From an uncultured Gammaproteobacteria bacterium (GTDB lineage Bacteria; Patescibacteriota; Patescibacteriia; UBA11705; JABHMO01): a stretch of 49,323 bases of DNA. The position numbers were made by a program, and so were the translations under genes. Below the pieces are notes generated by a model. The model did not search any database, was not told the DNA's origin, and was given only the letters and a program-made list of their open reading frames with translations. Each line of letters starts with the position of its first letter. Positions within the stretch are counted from its first letter, which is position 1. Where the stretch lies: the NCBI GenBank assembly GCA_964434235.1, contig CAYSUN010000003.1, forward strand, positions 1-49,323, written 5' to 3'. Below are positions 29,701 to 38,958 of the stretch, one piece after another.

Positions 29701-32700
29701 CCAATCAAACAAGACACCTTGAATGTATCAGCTGAACTTTGACACTGTTCACAATTTATATTTTTTATTCCGACATGATTAGCTGTATCACAAGTTTGAC
29801 CAGCATAACACTGAACTAAACGTGTACCAGGTGCATTACAACCCTCAGTTTGATCTATTTCACAAGTAATTGTTTTTTTGAAAACTCCTGCTCCAATATC
29901 AGAACAACCAACCGCACCTTCATTACAAGGAACTTGCATTGTGCTTAAACAACCAGCGCCCCCAGTACAAGCTTCTATTACTTGATTACAACTAGGATCA
30001 CCAGAATGGCAAGATTCACTTTTGGTGCAATTGTTATCACAACTTGGAAAACCTTTCCACACGCACTTATTTGTGCAAAGTGGATTATTTTCAATGGAAC
30101 AAACACAATCATCACCAGTGGTACATTCATGCCTTAAGTCATCAAGACAAACTGCTTCGCACTCTTCTCCAATATCAATCCTGCCGTCACCGCAAAGTGC
30201 CATATTTTGGATTTCACTACTTTTATATTTTGATCCAGTGTGTAAACATAATGAAGATAATCCTGATTTTGCATTATTAGAACCTTTATCATCATCTTCT
30301 CCCGGTTCAACAATTCCATTACCACATTCATAACCTTGAGTTGTACCTTTGTTTAAGCAGGTGCTAGTACAAGCTGGCGAACCACTAGTTCCATCGTCAC
30401 ACTCTTCCCCAGCATCAACAATGCCATTGCCACAATCAGTACTAATAATTGGTTCAGTTAAACAAATATCACTACAACCATCGCCAGGTACGTCATTTCC
30501 ACCATCACATTCTTCTCCCAAATCATAATCAATTTTATTATCACCACAAACAGCAGCGTAAGGCTCACCACCTGTTACTTGGCATTTATCATTACAATAA
30601 GGTTGAACATTAGCTCCAAGATTTAAATTTAAAACTGTAGCAATGACCGGATACTGACTTTCCCAAGTCCAGTCATAATCAAATGGAGTTAACAATTGTC
30701 CATTTGCGTCACATTGATTTGGCATTGAATATGGTTCTGTCCAATATTCAACTCTTTCTCCAACTTTTTCTGAAATATAATATTTTGGCACTAATTCTAC
30801 TCGATCAACTTGACATTTAGTATCATCATTTTTAGTTTTAAATATCCAACTAAAAGCGTCATACGCACCAGTTGCGCCAACCTCAAAGGTATCCGCACTA
30901 GTACATTGATTATCTGGTTTATAATAAGTTGAATTTTGTTTAATAGCAGAAAGCAAAGCTGAATCTGTAATAAAATCATCGTTACTTAAATTTTGACAAG
31001 TAATAGCTGAATTTTCTGGACAAACAAGTTGCGCAGTTAATTCTGCATAACCAACAAACTCACCTTCAGAATAACAACCACAAACATAATCAAGTTCAGT
31101 TCCTTCGCCTTCAATATAACCACCTGTAACATCAATTCCTCCATCTCCGTCATTATCCAAATTATCAGAGCAATCGCCATCCGGCGCCCCAGCAGTTGCA
31201 TAATTCAAATTACTTAAAACAACTTGGCTAGAACTTTTAATTCCGTTCGTTAAAACTACCCGGTAATATGTATTAGGACTTAAAACGCCATTATTTAAAC
31301 CGATAAGTGTTCGAAAAAATCTACCCTCAGTAAAATCTGTTCCAGAATTATACTGAATATTCAAATTTTCAACAGGACTAAGGGAAGTACAATCAGAAGA
31401 AAAACAAGAATAAATTTTTACTGTGCTTGAATTTAAAGTTGTATCATCCATCTCGATATTAAAGTTGGCTGTAATCGCTGTATTGATACAGGCTTCATCA
31501 CAATTAGGATAAGACCTGATAACTTTTGGTTTTTGAAATTTTACTTGTAAAAAGCCTTTTTTATAAAGTGAATCAAACAAAGCTGCTAAATCAGCATCTC
31601 CAGGCACAGCTGAAACTGAAATTTCATAAGGGTCCCATGGCAAACTTTCAAAAACAGTATTGGCAGGGTTTTCATCAACTTTTAATTTATAATAACCAAT
31701 ATATTTCTCACTATTAGTTGGATCAGTACAAATTAAATGATTGGTAGCAGAAACTGGTGAATAAGGATTAAACTCAGAACAAGCATAACCAGCAAATTGA
31801 ACCTTGGATTGATCAGCAGTTGCAACTTGCCAATCCCAATTTTCATCAACCAAAGCAATATCCTGACATTGGTATTGACCAGAAACAATATATTTAGCAT
31901 TACCATAAAGTTCATTAATTAAACCAACAAGCGGAGTTAAAAGTAAATTTTCTGGTATGCAAATTTCTTCTTTTGTTAAAAATGACCATTTATAATTACC
32001 AACCATGTACTTTGAAGTACTTGTAGCAGTCGTTCCTATCGGTGCCCGAACTCCAGAGTAACCACCACGTACTGTAATTTCATACCAAGTATTTGGAAAT
32101 AAATAATTATCAATATTATCTACCAGCCCAGGATTAATTCCACCGCTAACTGTGTTATTATTTGAATCTTTGAGTGAACTATATAAATTAATTCTTGATA
32201 AAGCTTGACCAGAACCAACACATATACAACCTTCACTATCTGGCTGGCAAACTGCTCCACTAGAATTTTGACAACTATAATTTAATGTTTCTGAAGCATA
32301 ATCAGTTGATTGATTGAAATACTGAATTATTCTAGAAATACAAACTCCTGGCACAACACTATTTTCAGTGCTTGAACAAGCGTTTAGATCACATTTTACA
32401 CCAGTTGAATTTAAACATCTTTTAACAACTATATTATTAGAAAGTGTTGTTGGTTCTACTGGTAAACTAAAAGTAAAACCAATCGTGCCATTAATACAAG
32501 CTGAGCTTGAATTACGATATGGTGAAGGCGATTGACTATAAGCGCCAGGTAAACAAGTTCGTTCTAAAACAGCTAAAATTTCTGGTAATGGCCCAGTACT
32601 CAAAACCCACATATACTCTGATGGTAAATATTCAAACTCTTCTTCACAAGACCCAGAAGTTTGACAAATACCAGTAGCACAACACTCTTCTCCATTGCTA

Positions 32701-35700
32701 CATGAGCCTGGCGTACAACTTCCAACATTAAATATATAAGTATTACTTCGATCACTGCCATCATCTTTTTCTAGAAAAACACCACCAGATTTGGCGCCGG
32801 CAGGTACAACTGCATTCAAAATTTGTTCAGCTGACCATTCATTAAAACTACTAACGGCTACGCCCGAATCAACCTCCCCTAATGTTCCTCCATTCGCAGA
32901 AAATTTTAGAATGTAACCCCCTTGATTACCAAAATATTCACCGAACACATTAACCCCAGTTCCAACTGGTCCATTATTTGGATCAATTGAACAAATACCA
33001 GGTGTTGGCTCGCCGTCTGAAATATTAATATCAAAAGGCGCACTTACTAAACCATCGGCTGTATATAAAATTAATGAATAATCAAGACTATATGGATCTG
33101 TTCCGCCAGGCAATTCATTAGCAATATTTTCTGGAATTTTTATTATAATCTGTTCATTGTTCCAATTTATTTTGTTACAACCAAAAACTGCTGGCCAATC
33201 ATAGGAATAACCATTGATTGTTGTATGAACTTCGACAAAACCAACCTTATCACCAAAATACAAACCATTAACATTAAACATTTGTCCAATGTGTAAAGTA
33301 TCTGGGTTAACACTTTCTATTACCGGGAAATTCGCACTTGGAATAACTTGAAAAAGCGCTGGATTACTAACAACACTTTTGCAAACACAACTTTCTGATC
33401 CTTCTGAACACAAAGATCCTTCACTATCTTTACATAATAAACCTTTATCTACGTAAACATTATATGATCCATCAGCAAGGCTAGGAACTTCAATTCCAGT
33501 AATTTGTGTATTAGTCCACTGCCCTTCTCCATAAAGTGCCCCAATCAAACCAAAAGTCACATTATCATCGTTTTCTTTTGTTGTTCCAAAATTTTCACCT
33601 GAAGCCTTTACTGTATTACTAATTGCACCTTGGTTACAAGTAACTAGAATATCTCCCTGCACGCCAGGAGTACAACCCTGCAATTGAATTGAACACAAAC
33701 CTGGATAATTTATCGTTGGATCAACTATAAAATCGCCTAAATATCCTTTTTCATCATCATCAGTTGTATCAACTTGCCCTAAATAATTTACAACCTTAAT
33801 TGGTCCGGTCACAGCACCAGTTGGAACCTTGGCGATTATTCTATTTGGACCCCAAGAAGAATTAGGGTCACAAGCAACACCTGCCTCCAAATAAGTTCCG
33901 TTTGGTCCACTAAAATAAATCCTACCTTGATTTTCATTACCAAACTTTTGTAAAAAACCAACACCAACAATTGTAACCAAATTACCTGGGCCAGCACTTA
34001 TTGGAGCAATATCCACAATTTCCGGAACTGTTACGCACATACCTTCACAAGCTACTCCTTCTTCACAGTCAGAATCATTTGCACAATCAATGTTATCTTC
34101 ATCAGCACAAGATAGTCTACAAATACCTGCGCATTGATCATCATTTGTACAACTAGTTCCATCACAAGCTCCACATTCTGGTTTTGATCCATCACTGTCA
34201 CAAATTAATTGACCATTACCATCAAAACAATATTCAGGCAAAACCTTAACTGAAATAGATTTGGTTCCTATTTGTCCAACAACATCCTCTGTTTCAGCTT
34301 TTAAAATATAACTTCTTAATTCATAATCATAAGTATCCCAATAAATACTTGTTTCAAACAGCCTAGGAGTAATATTACCTTGTGGCACGTTTACACCTAA
34401 AGCTGGAGATAACTCGTCTTCAAATAAACTAGTATAACTAATTCCACCATCATCAACAGATTTTAGTAAAACATTATATTCAAAATTTTCACTTACCTTT
34501 GAACCATTTATCAAATTCATGAAATTTACACTTGGAGCAGTAACATCACAAACTGCATTTGTAGTAAATTCTGTATTACAAAGACTTCCAACACTACAAA
34601 GCAAACTGTAACTTCCCGCTATAGCTTTGACACCACCCTCATTTAAACGAACACTAACCTTGGTATTAGCATCAAAACATTTTTGTCCACTGCAAACTTC
34701 ATCTTGACAATCCTTATCTGGAGTAAAAGTAACAGTTGCACCATCACCAGACAAAGCAAAAGAACCAGCAATTTCAGTTTCTTCACCAGCTACAAATTCT
34801 TCATTTTCAACTTCAACAAAAGCATAATCAAACTTAATACAATTTGAGCCAACCCTTTTTAGATAAACATATATATCATCGCTATTGTCATAACAAGCAC
34901 TAGGAATGTCCAATTTACTTTCGCCACTTTCAGTCTTATACTCATCTGCAATATAATACTGCTTACTCCTAGCAATAGCTTCCGTTGGACCACAACTAAT
35001 ATCAAAATAAGCCCTATCCCCAGCTGCGATCAGATCAAATGCCAGTTTTACAGAAAGAGCTTGCTCATGATTAACTTCAGCCACATTATAGTGTAAAACC
35101 ATTTTATCATCACCCAAATACAAAGGGTTACCATTTGCGATTGAACATACAACCCAACCAGAATTATAAACACTATCATCTGCAATAATTTCAGGTAAAA
35201 TTATATCTTCATTACCATTAGATTCTACAGCAGAATCTGGAACAATCTGAGTAGTCACTATTTCTTTTTCACCAATTTTAGTAATTTTAATATTTTCACT
35301 TGTAACAGTGGCTGGATTTAGGGATTTAGAAAAAGAAATATTAAGCTTAGAATTAATTGGCATGCCATTTCCTTGAGGAGAAACTCCAGTAACAATCAAC
35401 TGACTTTCACTACCAATAATTATCGGCAAAGTATCTCCACCAGTATTATCGTTTGCATTAAATCCAGTTGCATCAGACAAACGGCTCAAAACAAAAGTAG
35501 TAATTGCATAAGCAGAAAATATTATAACTAAACCGATCACACCATTAATCATCCATTTCTTGGCTTTACCAACCTTATCATCACTACCACCTGAAGTCAT
35601 ATACAAAAATCCACCATAAAGAAATATAACCAAAGCGACCGTACCAACTAAGCCAAGAAAAACTTTTATAATACTACCTATTATTGTTCGGATATCCCCA

Positions 35701-35852
35701 TTGCCCAGACCTGTTTGTTCTCCCACAATGTCAACGCCTAAATTATCTTGAGCAAATACTTGATTGGCAAAAGAAAAACCAACTACTACGAATAGCATTA
35801 TTAAAAGTAGGTAAAGAATTTTAGTTCTTTTATTTTTATTTTTACTAAACAT
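23733..35852 (-). CDS. Giant 4039-aa multidomain surface protein with a pilin-like N-terminus
   Basis: Signal peptide (VFAQ); TM hairpin IIKVFLGLVGTVALVIFLYGGFLYMTSGG..KVGKAKKWMINGVIGLVIIFSAYAI (TrbC/VirB2-like); Ig-like and IPT/TIG repeats; CGNGIVDAGEECDDG repeats; about 9 CxDGxDNDGDG repeats; LamG-like WMIESWV...FNHIALSFDG...GFVDEF; pseudopilin-like RDTRRIMDM...LPVDPLN; vWA-like FADTSGSM...VLTD. Confidence 0.9.
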   Translation of the reverse strand: MFSKNKNKRTKILYLLLIMLFVVVGFSFANQVFAQDNLGVDIVGEQTGLGNGDIRTIIGSIIKVFLGLVGTVALVIFLYGGFLYMTSGGSDDKVGKAKKWMINGVIGLVIIFSAYAITTFVLSRLSDATGFNANDNTGGDTLPIIIGSESQLIVTGVSPQGNGMPINSKLNISFSKSLNPATVTSENIKITKIGEKEIVTTQIVPDSAVESNGNEDIILPEIIADDSVYNSGWVVCSIANGNPLYLGDDKMVLHYNVAEVNHEQALSVKLAFDLIAAGDRAYFDISCGPTEAIARSKQYYIADEYKTESGESKLDIPSACYDNSDDIYVYLKRVGSNCIKFDYAFVEVENEEFVAGEETEIAGSFALSGDGATVTFTPDKDCQDEVCSGQKCFDANTKVSVRLNEGGVKAIAGSYSLLCSVGSLCNTEFTTNAVCDVTAPSVNFMNLINGSKVSENFEYNVLLKSVDDGGISYTSLFEDELSPALGVNVPQGNITPRLFETSIYWDTYDYELRSYILKAETEDVVGQIGTKSISVKVLPEYCFDGNGQLICDSDGSKPECGACDGTSCTNDDQCAGICRLSCADEDNIDCANDSDCEEGVACEGMCVTVPEIVDIAPISAGPGNLVTIVGVGFLQKFGNENQGRIYFSGPNGTYLEAGVACDPNSSWGPNRIIAKVPTGAVTGPIKVVNYLGQVDTTDDDEKGYLGDFIVDPTINYPGLCSIQLQGCTPGVQGDILVTCNQGAISNTVKASGENFGTTKENDDNVTFGLIGALYGEGQWTNTQITGIEVPSLADGSYNVYVDKGLLCKDSEGSLCSEGSESCVCKSVVSNPALFQVIPSANFPVIESVNPDTLHIGQMFNVNGLYFGDKVGFVEVHTTINGYSYDWPAVFGCNKINWNNEQIIIKIPENIANELPGGTDPYSLDYSLILYTADGLVSAPFDINISDGEPTPGICSIDPNNGPVGTGVNVFGEYFGNQGGYILKFSANGGTLGEVDSGVAVSSFNEWSAEQILNAVVPAGAKSGGVFLEKDDGSDRSNTYIFNVGSCTPGSCSNGEECCATGICQTSGSCEEEFEYLPSEYMWVLSTGPLPEILAVLERTCLPGAYSQSPSPYRNSSSACINGTIGFTFSLPVEPTTLSNNIVVKRCLNSTGVKCDLNACSSTENSVVPGVCISRIIQYFNQSTDYASETLNYSCQNSSGAVCQPDSEGCICVGSGQALSRINLYSSLKDSNNNTVSGGINPGLVDNIDNYLFPNTWYEITVRGGYSGVRAPIGTTATSTSKYMVGNYKWSFLTKEEICIPENLLLTPLVGLINELYGNAKYIVSGQYQCQDIALVDENWDWQVATADQSKVQFAGYACSEFNPYSPVSATNHLICTDPTNSEKYIGYYKLKVDENPANTVFESLPWDPYEISVSAVPGDADLAALFDSLYKKGFLQVKFQKPKVIRSYPNCDEACINTAITANFNIEMDDTTLNSSTVKIYSCFSSDCTSLSPVENLNIQYNSGTDFTEGRFFRTLIGLNNGVLSPNTYYRVVLTNGIKSSSQVVLSNLNYATAGAPDGDCSDNLDNDGDGGIDVTGGYIEGEGTELDYVCGCYSEGEFVGYAELTAQLVCPENSAITCQNLSNDDFITDSALLSAIKQNSTYYKPDNQCTSADTFEVGATGAYDAFSWIFKTKNDDTKCQVDRVELVPKYYISEKVGERVEYWTEPYSMPNQCDANGQLLTPFDYDWTWESQYPVIATVLNLNLGANVQPYCNDKCQVTGGEPYAAVCGDNKIDYDLGEECDGGNDVPGDGCSDICLTEPIISTDCGNGIVDAGEECDDGTSGSPACTSTCLNKGTTQGYECGNGIVEPGEDDDKGSNNAKSGLSSLCLHTGSKYKSSEIQNMALCGDGRIDIGEECEAVCLDDLRHECTTGDDCVCSIENNPLCTNKCVWKGFPSCDNNCTKSESCHSGDPSCNQVIEACTGGAGCLSTMQVPCNEGAVGCSDIGAGVFKKTITCEIDQTEGCNAPGTRLVQCYAGQTCDTANHVGIKNINCEQCQSSADTFKVSCLIGTAGCVADPLAGNQTIYGKKVINCSECTADNVYPWACQLTEADTCIENLKTVNCNSSDPACSCNNCCGNGVRENYLGGGGSSLDPDEDCEAECKYLGPDGASCIFGTANCVCTFPEYCSTSCINKGSQTEYGSYCQDGNTLFEPGEDPECEYDLSCDPSEGNTCPAGAIKGAPYDVATVIPSGNVESVILTRNNENAYIFEYNVVTNYIQAVTNISANMIEDASPKTGFGKLKYRTNDPYLINKYKDILPNVSDYSDTPGTKKQCNNLLDDDSDTLVDLDDTCCESSEDDSEGGSCENVACSDGLDNDGDGFCDYGAQGCTCNYDNDYCGTHNSNTTFLPRDPGCQAAGDTSELDEIGNCSDGRDNDGDGLFDFCEAGQLCNTCDPDCTSPTDGENVDNSQTPAQCSDGQDNDGDGAIDYPADPQCSSCGDNSEEDTIEICESSASIDNNHSHPYNNETDVCLNSQVLVAFDQQVVLPEGSVYFGFSGSCPDISYEGGFFNKTYQKVKMFVKNMFVKVGLAEAGYCEVEQEYSISESISGDSIVTITPSATLLANKEYLIKFEDLENSCGENLGDISSVFVTGNEICRVDNVAVTPGQTFVTKPNTQTVFNAIARKGNQPIVESPGVYEWVYDWKISDESLILGMAGCADYIYANGAGVCYQDAQQPLPDEAMDYEFVEVVSNNKNGTANISANVVIVVDKIAEEMGTFLGQELSSVGEKTTGNAKYQVLLCDNLWEPSAYAPDPDNNGENRWGKFTNLISTGEYQTTYIYEKNFNVGLFYCRDFGNPGFADDLPKVDIGLGEFITKEVTPRYGIYFDRNQDYVQVSDSNLGFMSSESSPNNDWMIESWVYHEGYADSKFSRLFYKNLDQDPSTNNHVQLAFRYWGENCDNGCEYAYGNFANTNNCTGCTDKRSIVYSIKTNGAEIVRTTQAGAGLLSGGFNHIALSFDGVNTSHLYVNGEEVATVPDEFGIDDLNYWPVNLTEPPSPGYGYSDLYIGGLGKTGTASVSLAGFVDEFSVWDTDDLAPNLNKIIDPTSEPNLKGLWTFDDNVLDVTGNNRSVAHCSLDDMNSKCLSGDFYHMNLTELAKDQGFFVESQLPWVQLSGDFQNQCNDGIDNDGDGEKDYNADTWIGDPKCKSYTDPWEEPELFEQYFFIRVNDKVDPSTGLPYPTNDYAADAISLRIYENSENLPPEIWYQKYAPNPTPNPNKIALDCQEDDFGKFCYDGVQDGATVYVASSNVAETNGQTENRIYNNIYVLGYTLNANEATKNIYAQMVNLLWFNTNMVTNQGVQPEKSKLIRDTRRIMDMVLMRQYLNIYKSTHNGQVPQLASGTYVRGRTFSSWPSWQNEFGNTLQQSLPVDPLNHFKWVKTNVINTGAVCEAEQLEPGEQPNRCPVEFGGNPSDYQCVIPGEFCSNCPIGYDKLTCYNSELQRFFNYYDEDPFAHYVYSFRTDPFATGNSSAFDLKFALEISGPAYDTYKFIVTPSFDSDDWISPALPPDNPEEYLLGQCSDGIDNDGNGFTDYSEIGGDPGCDSITDSLEDFDYICNDGWDNDGDGTCDFAGCDDCTASNNYCNTYNSSVQFLPADPSCDSAFDRNETYPTQCSDGIDNDGDYLIDYCDPSVQTCVNNDQDCKGPYDDYENKKVLFTFFADTSGSMQTYDPDRVHQDIIKKMINGIDKADGTHINGIDDVFGENAYYMLETSRSGDLRKEYYPAGNAENFVQWLSCSENWENCIDSPATCAQTYNCGEPGRCSSVSCENNSQCASGFCQKVCTTGNCQNKCAVGIYDKCASPYNYNGAAQIASRVEQTYNDGRYLYNFGEVKNSVPVNFSHHVYVVLTDADDYTEFENRANTIGLINTNRTPFHLFYIRSINLDETDLKYQFWHRYHGLCAGLSCSSDFDCAGDCVNGICQACTDGEGCLNVANGKRCSAEPVFGLPLCPTDCIADLNYQGVWLQGNPTTLESQLENVMLNIVTLPEPTQIPEDQYIY

Positions 35853-35883
35853 CCGTTTATATATTATTTATTTTATAAATAAT

Positions 35884-38061
35884 TTACTGAAGCTCACTTG
35901 GGCCTAGTGGTTGGGCACATTCATCACCAGCAACTGCTTGCAATCCAAAAGTTCCATCTTGTGGACAGCATGAATAACCAGAAGAATTATTATTGCAAGA
36001 ACTTCCCTCCACTGATCCATCTTGATTTACAGTTGGACTAAAACAATTCATCCGAGTGTCTTTTAATTCTGATTTTATAATTGGTGTATATATAGGTAAA
36101 AGATCTTCACCATCTTCATATTCTCTAAATGGTGCATGAGTAATGGCAATCGTTGTCATATTAACAACTGCTGGAGTTGATGGATCTGAATCAGCATCCA
36201 CTAACTCAAAATTTGAGTCAAACCAACCATCAAAATCTTTTCCATTGCCATGTTTACCATATAAATAAACTTCTTCATCAACTGACTGTGCATCCAAATC
36301 TTCACTAAAAGTAGCTTTAATAGTTACGGTCGGAGAAATAGAACCAGCTGTAGCGCCAACACTATGCGAAGGATTTAAATTAGTTAAAACAGGACCAATC
36401 AAATCCAAAGTATTACCAGTTAAAAAATCCCAATAATAACTATCCAAAATTGTTGCTAAATCACTAGCTAAAGTATCAACAGGACCAGGTCCTTCCATTT
36501 GTCCATTAGCATTACCATCAAGAGAATTACCTCCCATATCCATAATTCCAGTTCCAGGATTAGCCACACCTTCACTAATAATTTCAGCAGCTAAAATTCG
36601 GCCTGTAATATTAGCATTACTTGGCAAACATTTCGCTGGCTCACCACAAGAATTACTTGCACCTTGCTCGCAATCCGTATCAGCTACGAACTGAATAGTT
36701 CGATATTGATTTAAACCTACTCGCCAAGTACCAGGGATAAAATTCGTATCACAACCAGCAATTGAAGAATCTGATAACATTTGAACTTCATTATCACCCA
36801 CTCCATCAGCACTACCACAACCTTGAATTTGCGTTAATGGAGGAATAACTGGCTCACTAAAATTAATATAAATTGCTTGATTTAAATAAACCTTGCCTTG
36901 ACAATCAGCATTAGAACAACCTATTTGTTTTATGCCACATTTACAATTTCTTAAACTTTCCGCTGAAATAGGATATTCAACATTGGCCGGAACTACAGAA
37001 GTTACAGTTGGTGGGGTAAGGTCCACAAATGTTCCTGTTGTAAAACGCCATTTGTAATCAGGGTAAGAAAAATTAAAAACTCCACCTCCGGCTTGTTCAT
37101 CGATACCCAACTTTTGGATAGCTGAAGTTAAATATACTATATATGTTTCATCTTTTTCTTCACTTCCGAGATGAATATTAAAATTATTAAAAGGATTAAA
37201 AATTAAAGTTTTATTATCTTCTGTCATCATGGCATAACCGGGAACAAGTTTATTACCATTACAAATATTATTGACACAATTTCCACCACCACACTCGGAA
37301 TCTACTGCACAAGCACGGCCTTCAGCAATATCGTAAAATGGAACCTGCTGACAACTCTTTGTTACATCCAAAGAATGCTCGGCCATCATATCAGCACATT
37401 TATAAACACGAATAGCATCTTTTTTTATTTCGCCACAAGTGGCAACTCCAGGAGGACAATTAGCATTGGAATTTTCATCAATAACTGATCCTGGGAAAAT
37501 CGGAGTTTTAAAAGTAACTAAAATTTGAGTATTGCGAGGAACTCCTGTTTGTTCTGGTTCTGGATAATGGCTTTGAATAATATGCCCAAAAGCACCACCA
37601 GAAATATTGTATCCACCACCAGCCAAACCTGCAGTTAAAAAATATCCAGGAGGATTTACGTTGGGATTAGAATTATCAAATAAACCGAATACAAAACTGG
37701 TAATTGAATAAGCAGCAAATATTATAACCAGACCAATAAAACCATTTTTTAACCATTTTTTAGCTACACCAAGTTTAGTTTCATCACCTCCGGCCGTCAT
37801 ATAAAGGAAACCGGCACCTAAAACAATTATCAAACCGATCGCCCCGATAAGACCAAGCGCAACTTTTATAATATTTCCAACAATGATTCGGGGATCAGTT
37901 TTTTGTAAAACTGTTTGACCAGCAACAGTATCAAGATTTGCAGTCATGTCACTCTGAGCATGAACAGCAATTGGAACAAATAAAAAAACTGCCAATATAA
38001 ACACTAAACAACTGACAGTTATTTTTATTACTCTCTGAGAGAATAGTTTATTTAAATTCAT
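35884..38061 (-). CDS. 725-aa surface protein with pilin-like N-terminus and Ig-like domains
   Basis: Signal peptide (VHAQ); IIKVALGLIGAIGLIIVLGAGFLYMTAGGDETKLGVAKKWLKNGFIGLVIIFAAYSI is paralogous to the 4039-aa N-terminus; HYPEPEQTGVPRNTQILVTF and DLTPPTVTSVVP Ig-like units; GAGGGG before the ATG. Confidence 0.88.
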   Translation of the reverse strand: MNLNKLFSQRVIKITVSCLVFILAVFLFVPIAVHAQSDMTANLDTVAGQTVLQKTDPRIIVGNIIKVALGLIGAIGLIIVLGAGFLYMTAGGDETKLGVAKKWLKNGFIGLVIIFAAYSITSFVFGLFDNSNPNVNPPGYFLTAGLAGGGYNISGGAFGHIIQSHYPEPEQTGVPRNTQILVTFKTPIFPGSVIDENSNANCPPGVATCGEIKKDAIRVYKCADMMAEHSLDVTKSCQQVPFYDIAEGRACAVDSECGGGNCVNNICNGNKLVPGYAMMTEDNKTLIFNPFNNFNIHLGSEEKDETYIVYLTSAIQKLGIDEQAGGGVFNFSYPDYKWRFTTGTFVDLTPPTVTSVVPANVEYPISAESLRNCKCGIKQIGCSNADCQGKVYLNQAIYINFSEPVIPPLTQIQGCGSADGVGDNEVQMLSDSSIAGCDTNFIPGTWRVGLNQYRTIQFVADTDCEQGASNSCGEPAKCLPSNANITGRILAAEIISEGVANPGTGIMDMGGNSLDGNANGQMEGPGPVDTLASDLATILDSYYWDFLTGNTLDLIGPVLTNLNPSHSVGATAGSISPTVTIKATFSEDLDAQSVDEEVYLYGKHGNGKDFDGWFDSNFELVDADSDPSTPAVVNMTTIAITHAPFREYEDGEDLLPIYTPIIKSELKDTRMNCFSPTVNQDGSVEGSSCNNNSSGYSCCPQDGTFGLQAVAGDECAQPLGPSELQ

Positions 38062-38153
38062 TGTGACCCCTCACATTTTACCACCTTGAGGTAATCCACA
38101 CCTAAAATTGGGTAAAACGTATATTAATTTTTATTTTTTATTTTTGTCCGCAT

Positions 38154-38600
38154 TTAGCCAAGTATTTCTTTGACTGCCTGGCCAACAACAGAACCATCAG
38201 CTTGACCTTTCAAAGCTTCCATTACTGATCTCATTACTTTTCCAAAGTTTGTTTTGTCTTCTTCTGCTAATTCTGCTATCACTTCTTGAACTTTAATTTT
38301 CACTTCTTCAAGTGAAAGTTGCTCTGGCATATATTCTTCCAAAACCTTAACTTCAGCTAATTCCTTATCAACCAAATCTTGTCTTAAACCCTGTTTATAA
38401 GCCTCAGCTGAATCTTTTCTTTTTTTAATTTCACTCTTCACCGTCGCAATAATATCATCTTCGGTAAGTTCTTTACCCATCATTTCTATTGATTTGTTTT
38501 TGATAGCACTTTTCAGCATTCGCAAAACAGACAAAACATCCTGATTCTTGTCTCTCATTGCTTGAAGAAAAGCCTGATCAATATTTTTACTTAGGCTCAT
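38154..38600 (-). CDS. yqeY: GatB/YqeY domain protein
   Basis: LRMLKSAIKN, EIKKRKDSAEAY, YMPEQLS, FGKVM...GQADG; directly after rpsU. Confidence 0.93.
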   Translation of the reverse strand: MSLSKNIDQAFLQAMRDKNQDVLSVLRMLKSAIKNKSIEMMGKELTEDDIIATVKSEIKKRKDSAEAYKQGLRQDLVDKELAEVKVLEEYMPEQLSLEEVKIKVQEVIAELAEEDKTNFGKVMRSVMEALKGQADGSVVGQAVKEILG

Positions 38601-38636
38601 ATAGATTATACTAAATTTTAACTAAGATTAAAAGTT

Positions 38637-38885
38637 TTATCTTCGCACAGGTTTTTTCTGTGGTTCTTCTGGTAAGCGACCGATTTTCTTTAAATATTCT
38701 TTCTTTTCTCTATATACTTTTCGAGATAAAGTTTCAGACTTTTGCTTATTTTTGTTAGCATCTTTTTTGAAATAAATATTTTTCTTAAATTGCAAAAAAG
38801 TACCACTTTGCATTAAGCGTCTGTTAAATCGTCTTACAAAAGATTCAAAAGTTTCACCTTTTTTTCTTTTTACTTCTATTGGCAT
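38637..38885 (-). CDS. rpsU: 30S ribosomal protein S21
   Basis: IEVKRKKGETFESFVRRFNRR; basic 82-aa protein upstream of yqeY. Confidence 0.85.
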   Translation of the reverse strand: MPIEVKRKKGETFESFVRRFNRRLMQSGTFLQFKKNIYFKKDANKNKQKSETLSRKVYREKKEYLKKIGRLPEEPQKKPVRR

Positions 38886-38926
38886 GGGAAAACACCTTTC
38901 TAGTTATAATAATAATTTCTGAATAA

Positions 38927-38955
38927 ATATTAGCTAAATTTTGGGAAAAAGTCAA
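38927..38955 (-). promoter_or_regulatory. Sigma70-type promoter for rpsU
   Basis: TTGACT-17 nt-TAATAT. Confidence 0.6.
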
Positions 38956-38958
38956 GCC

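Noticed and set aside
24290-31915. His/Gln-rich plus-strand ORFs and short minus-strand off-frame ORFs
   Set aside because: They arise from Asp/Gly/Cys codon repeats in the 4039-aa gene.
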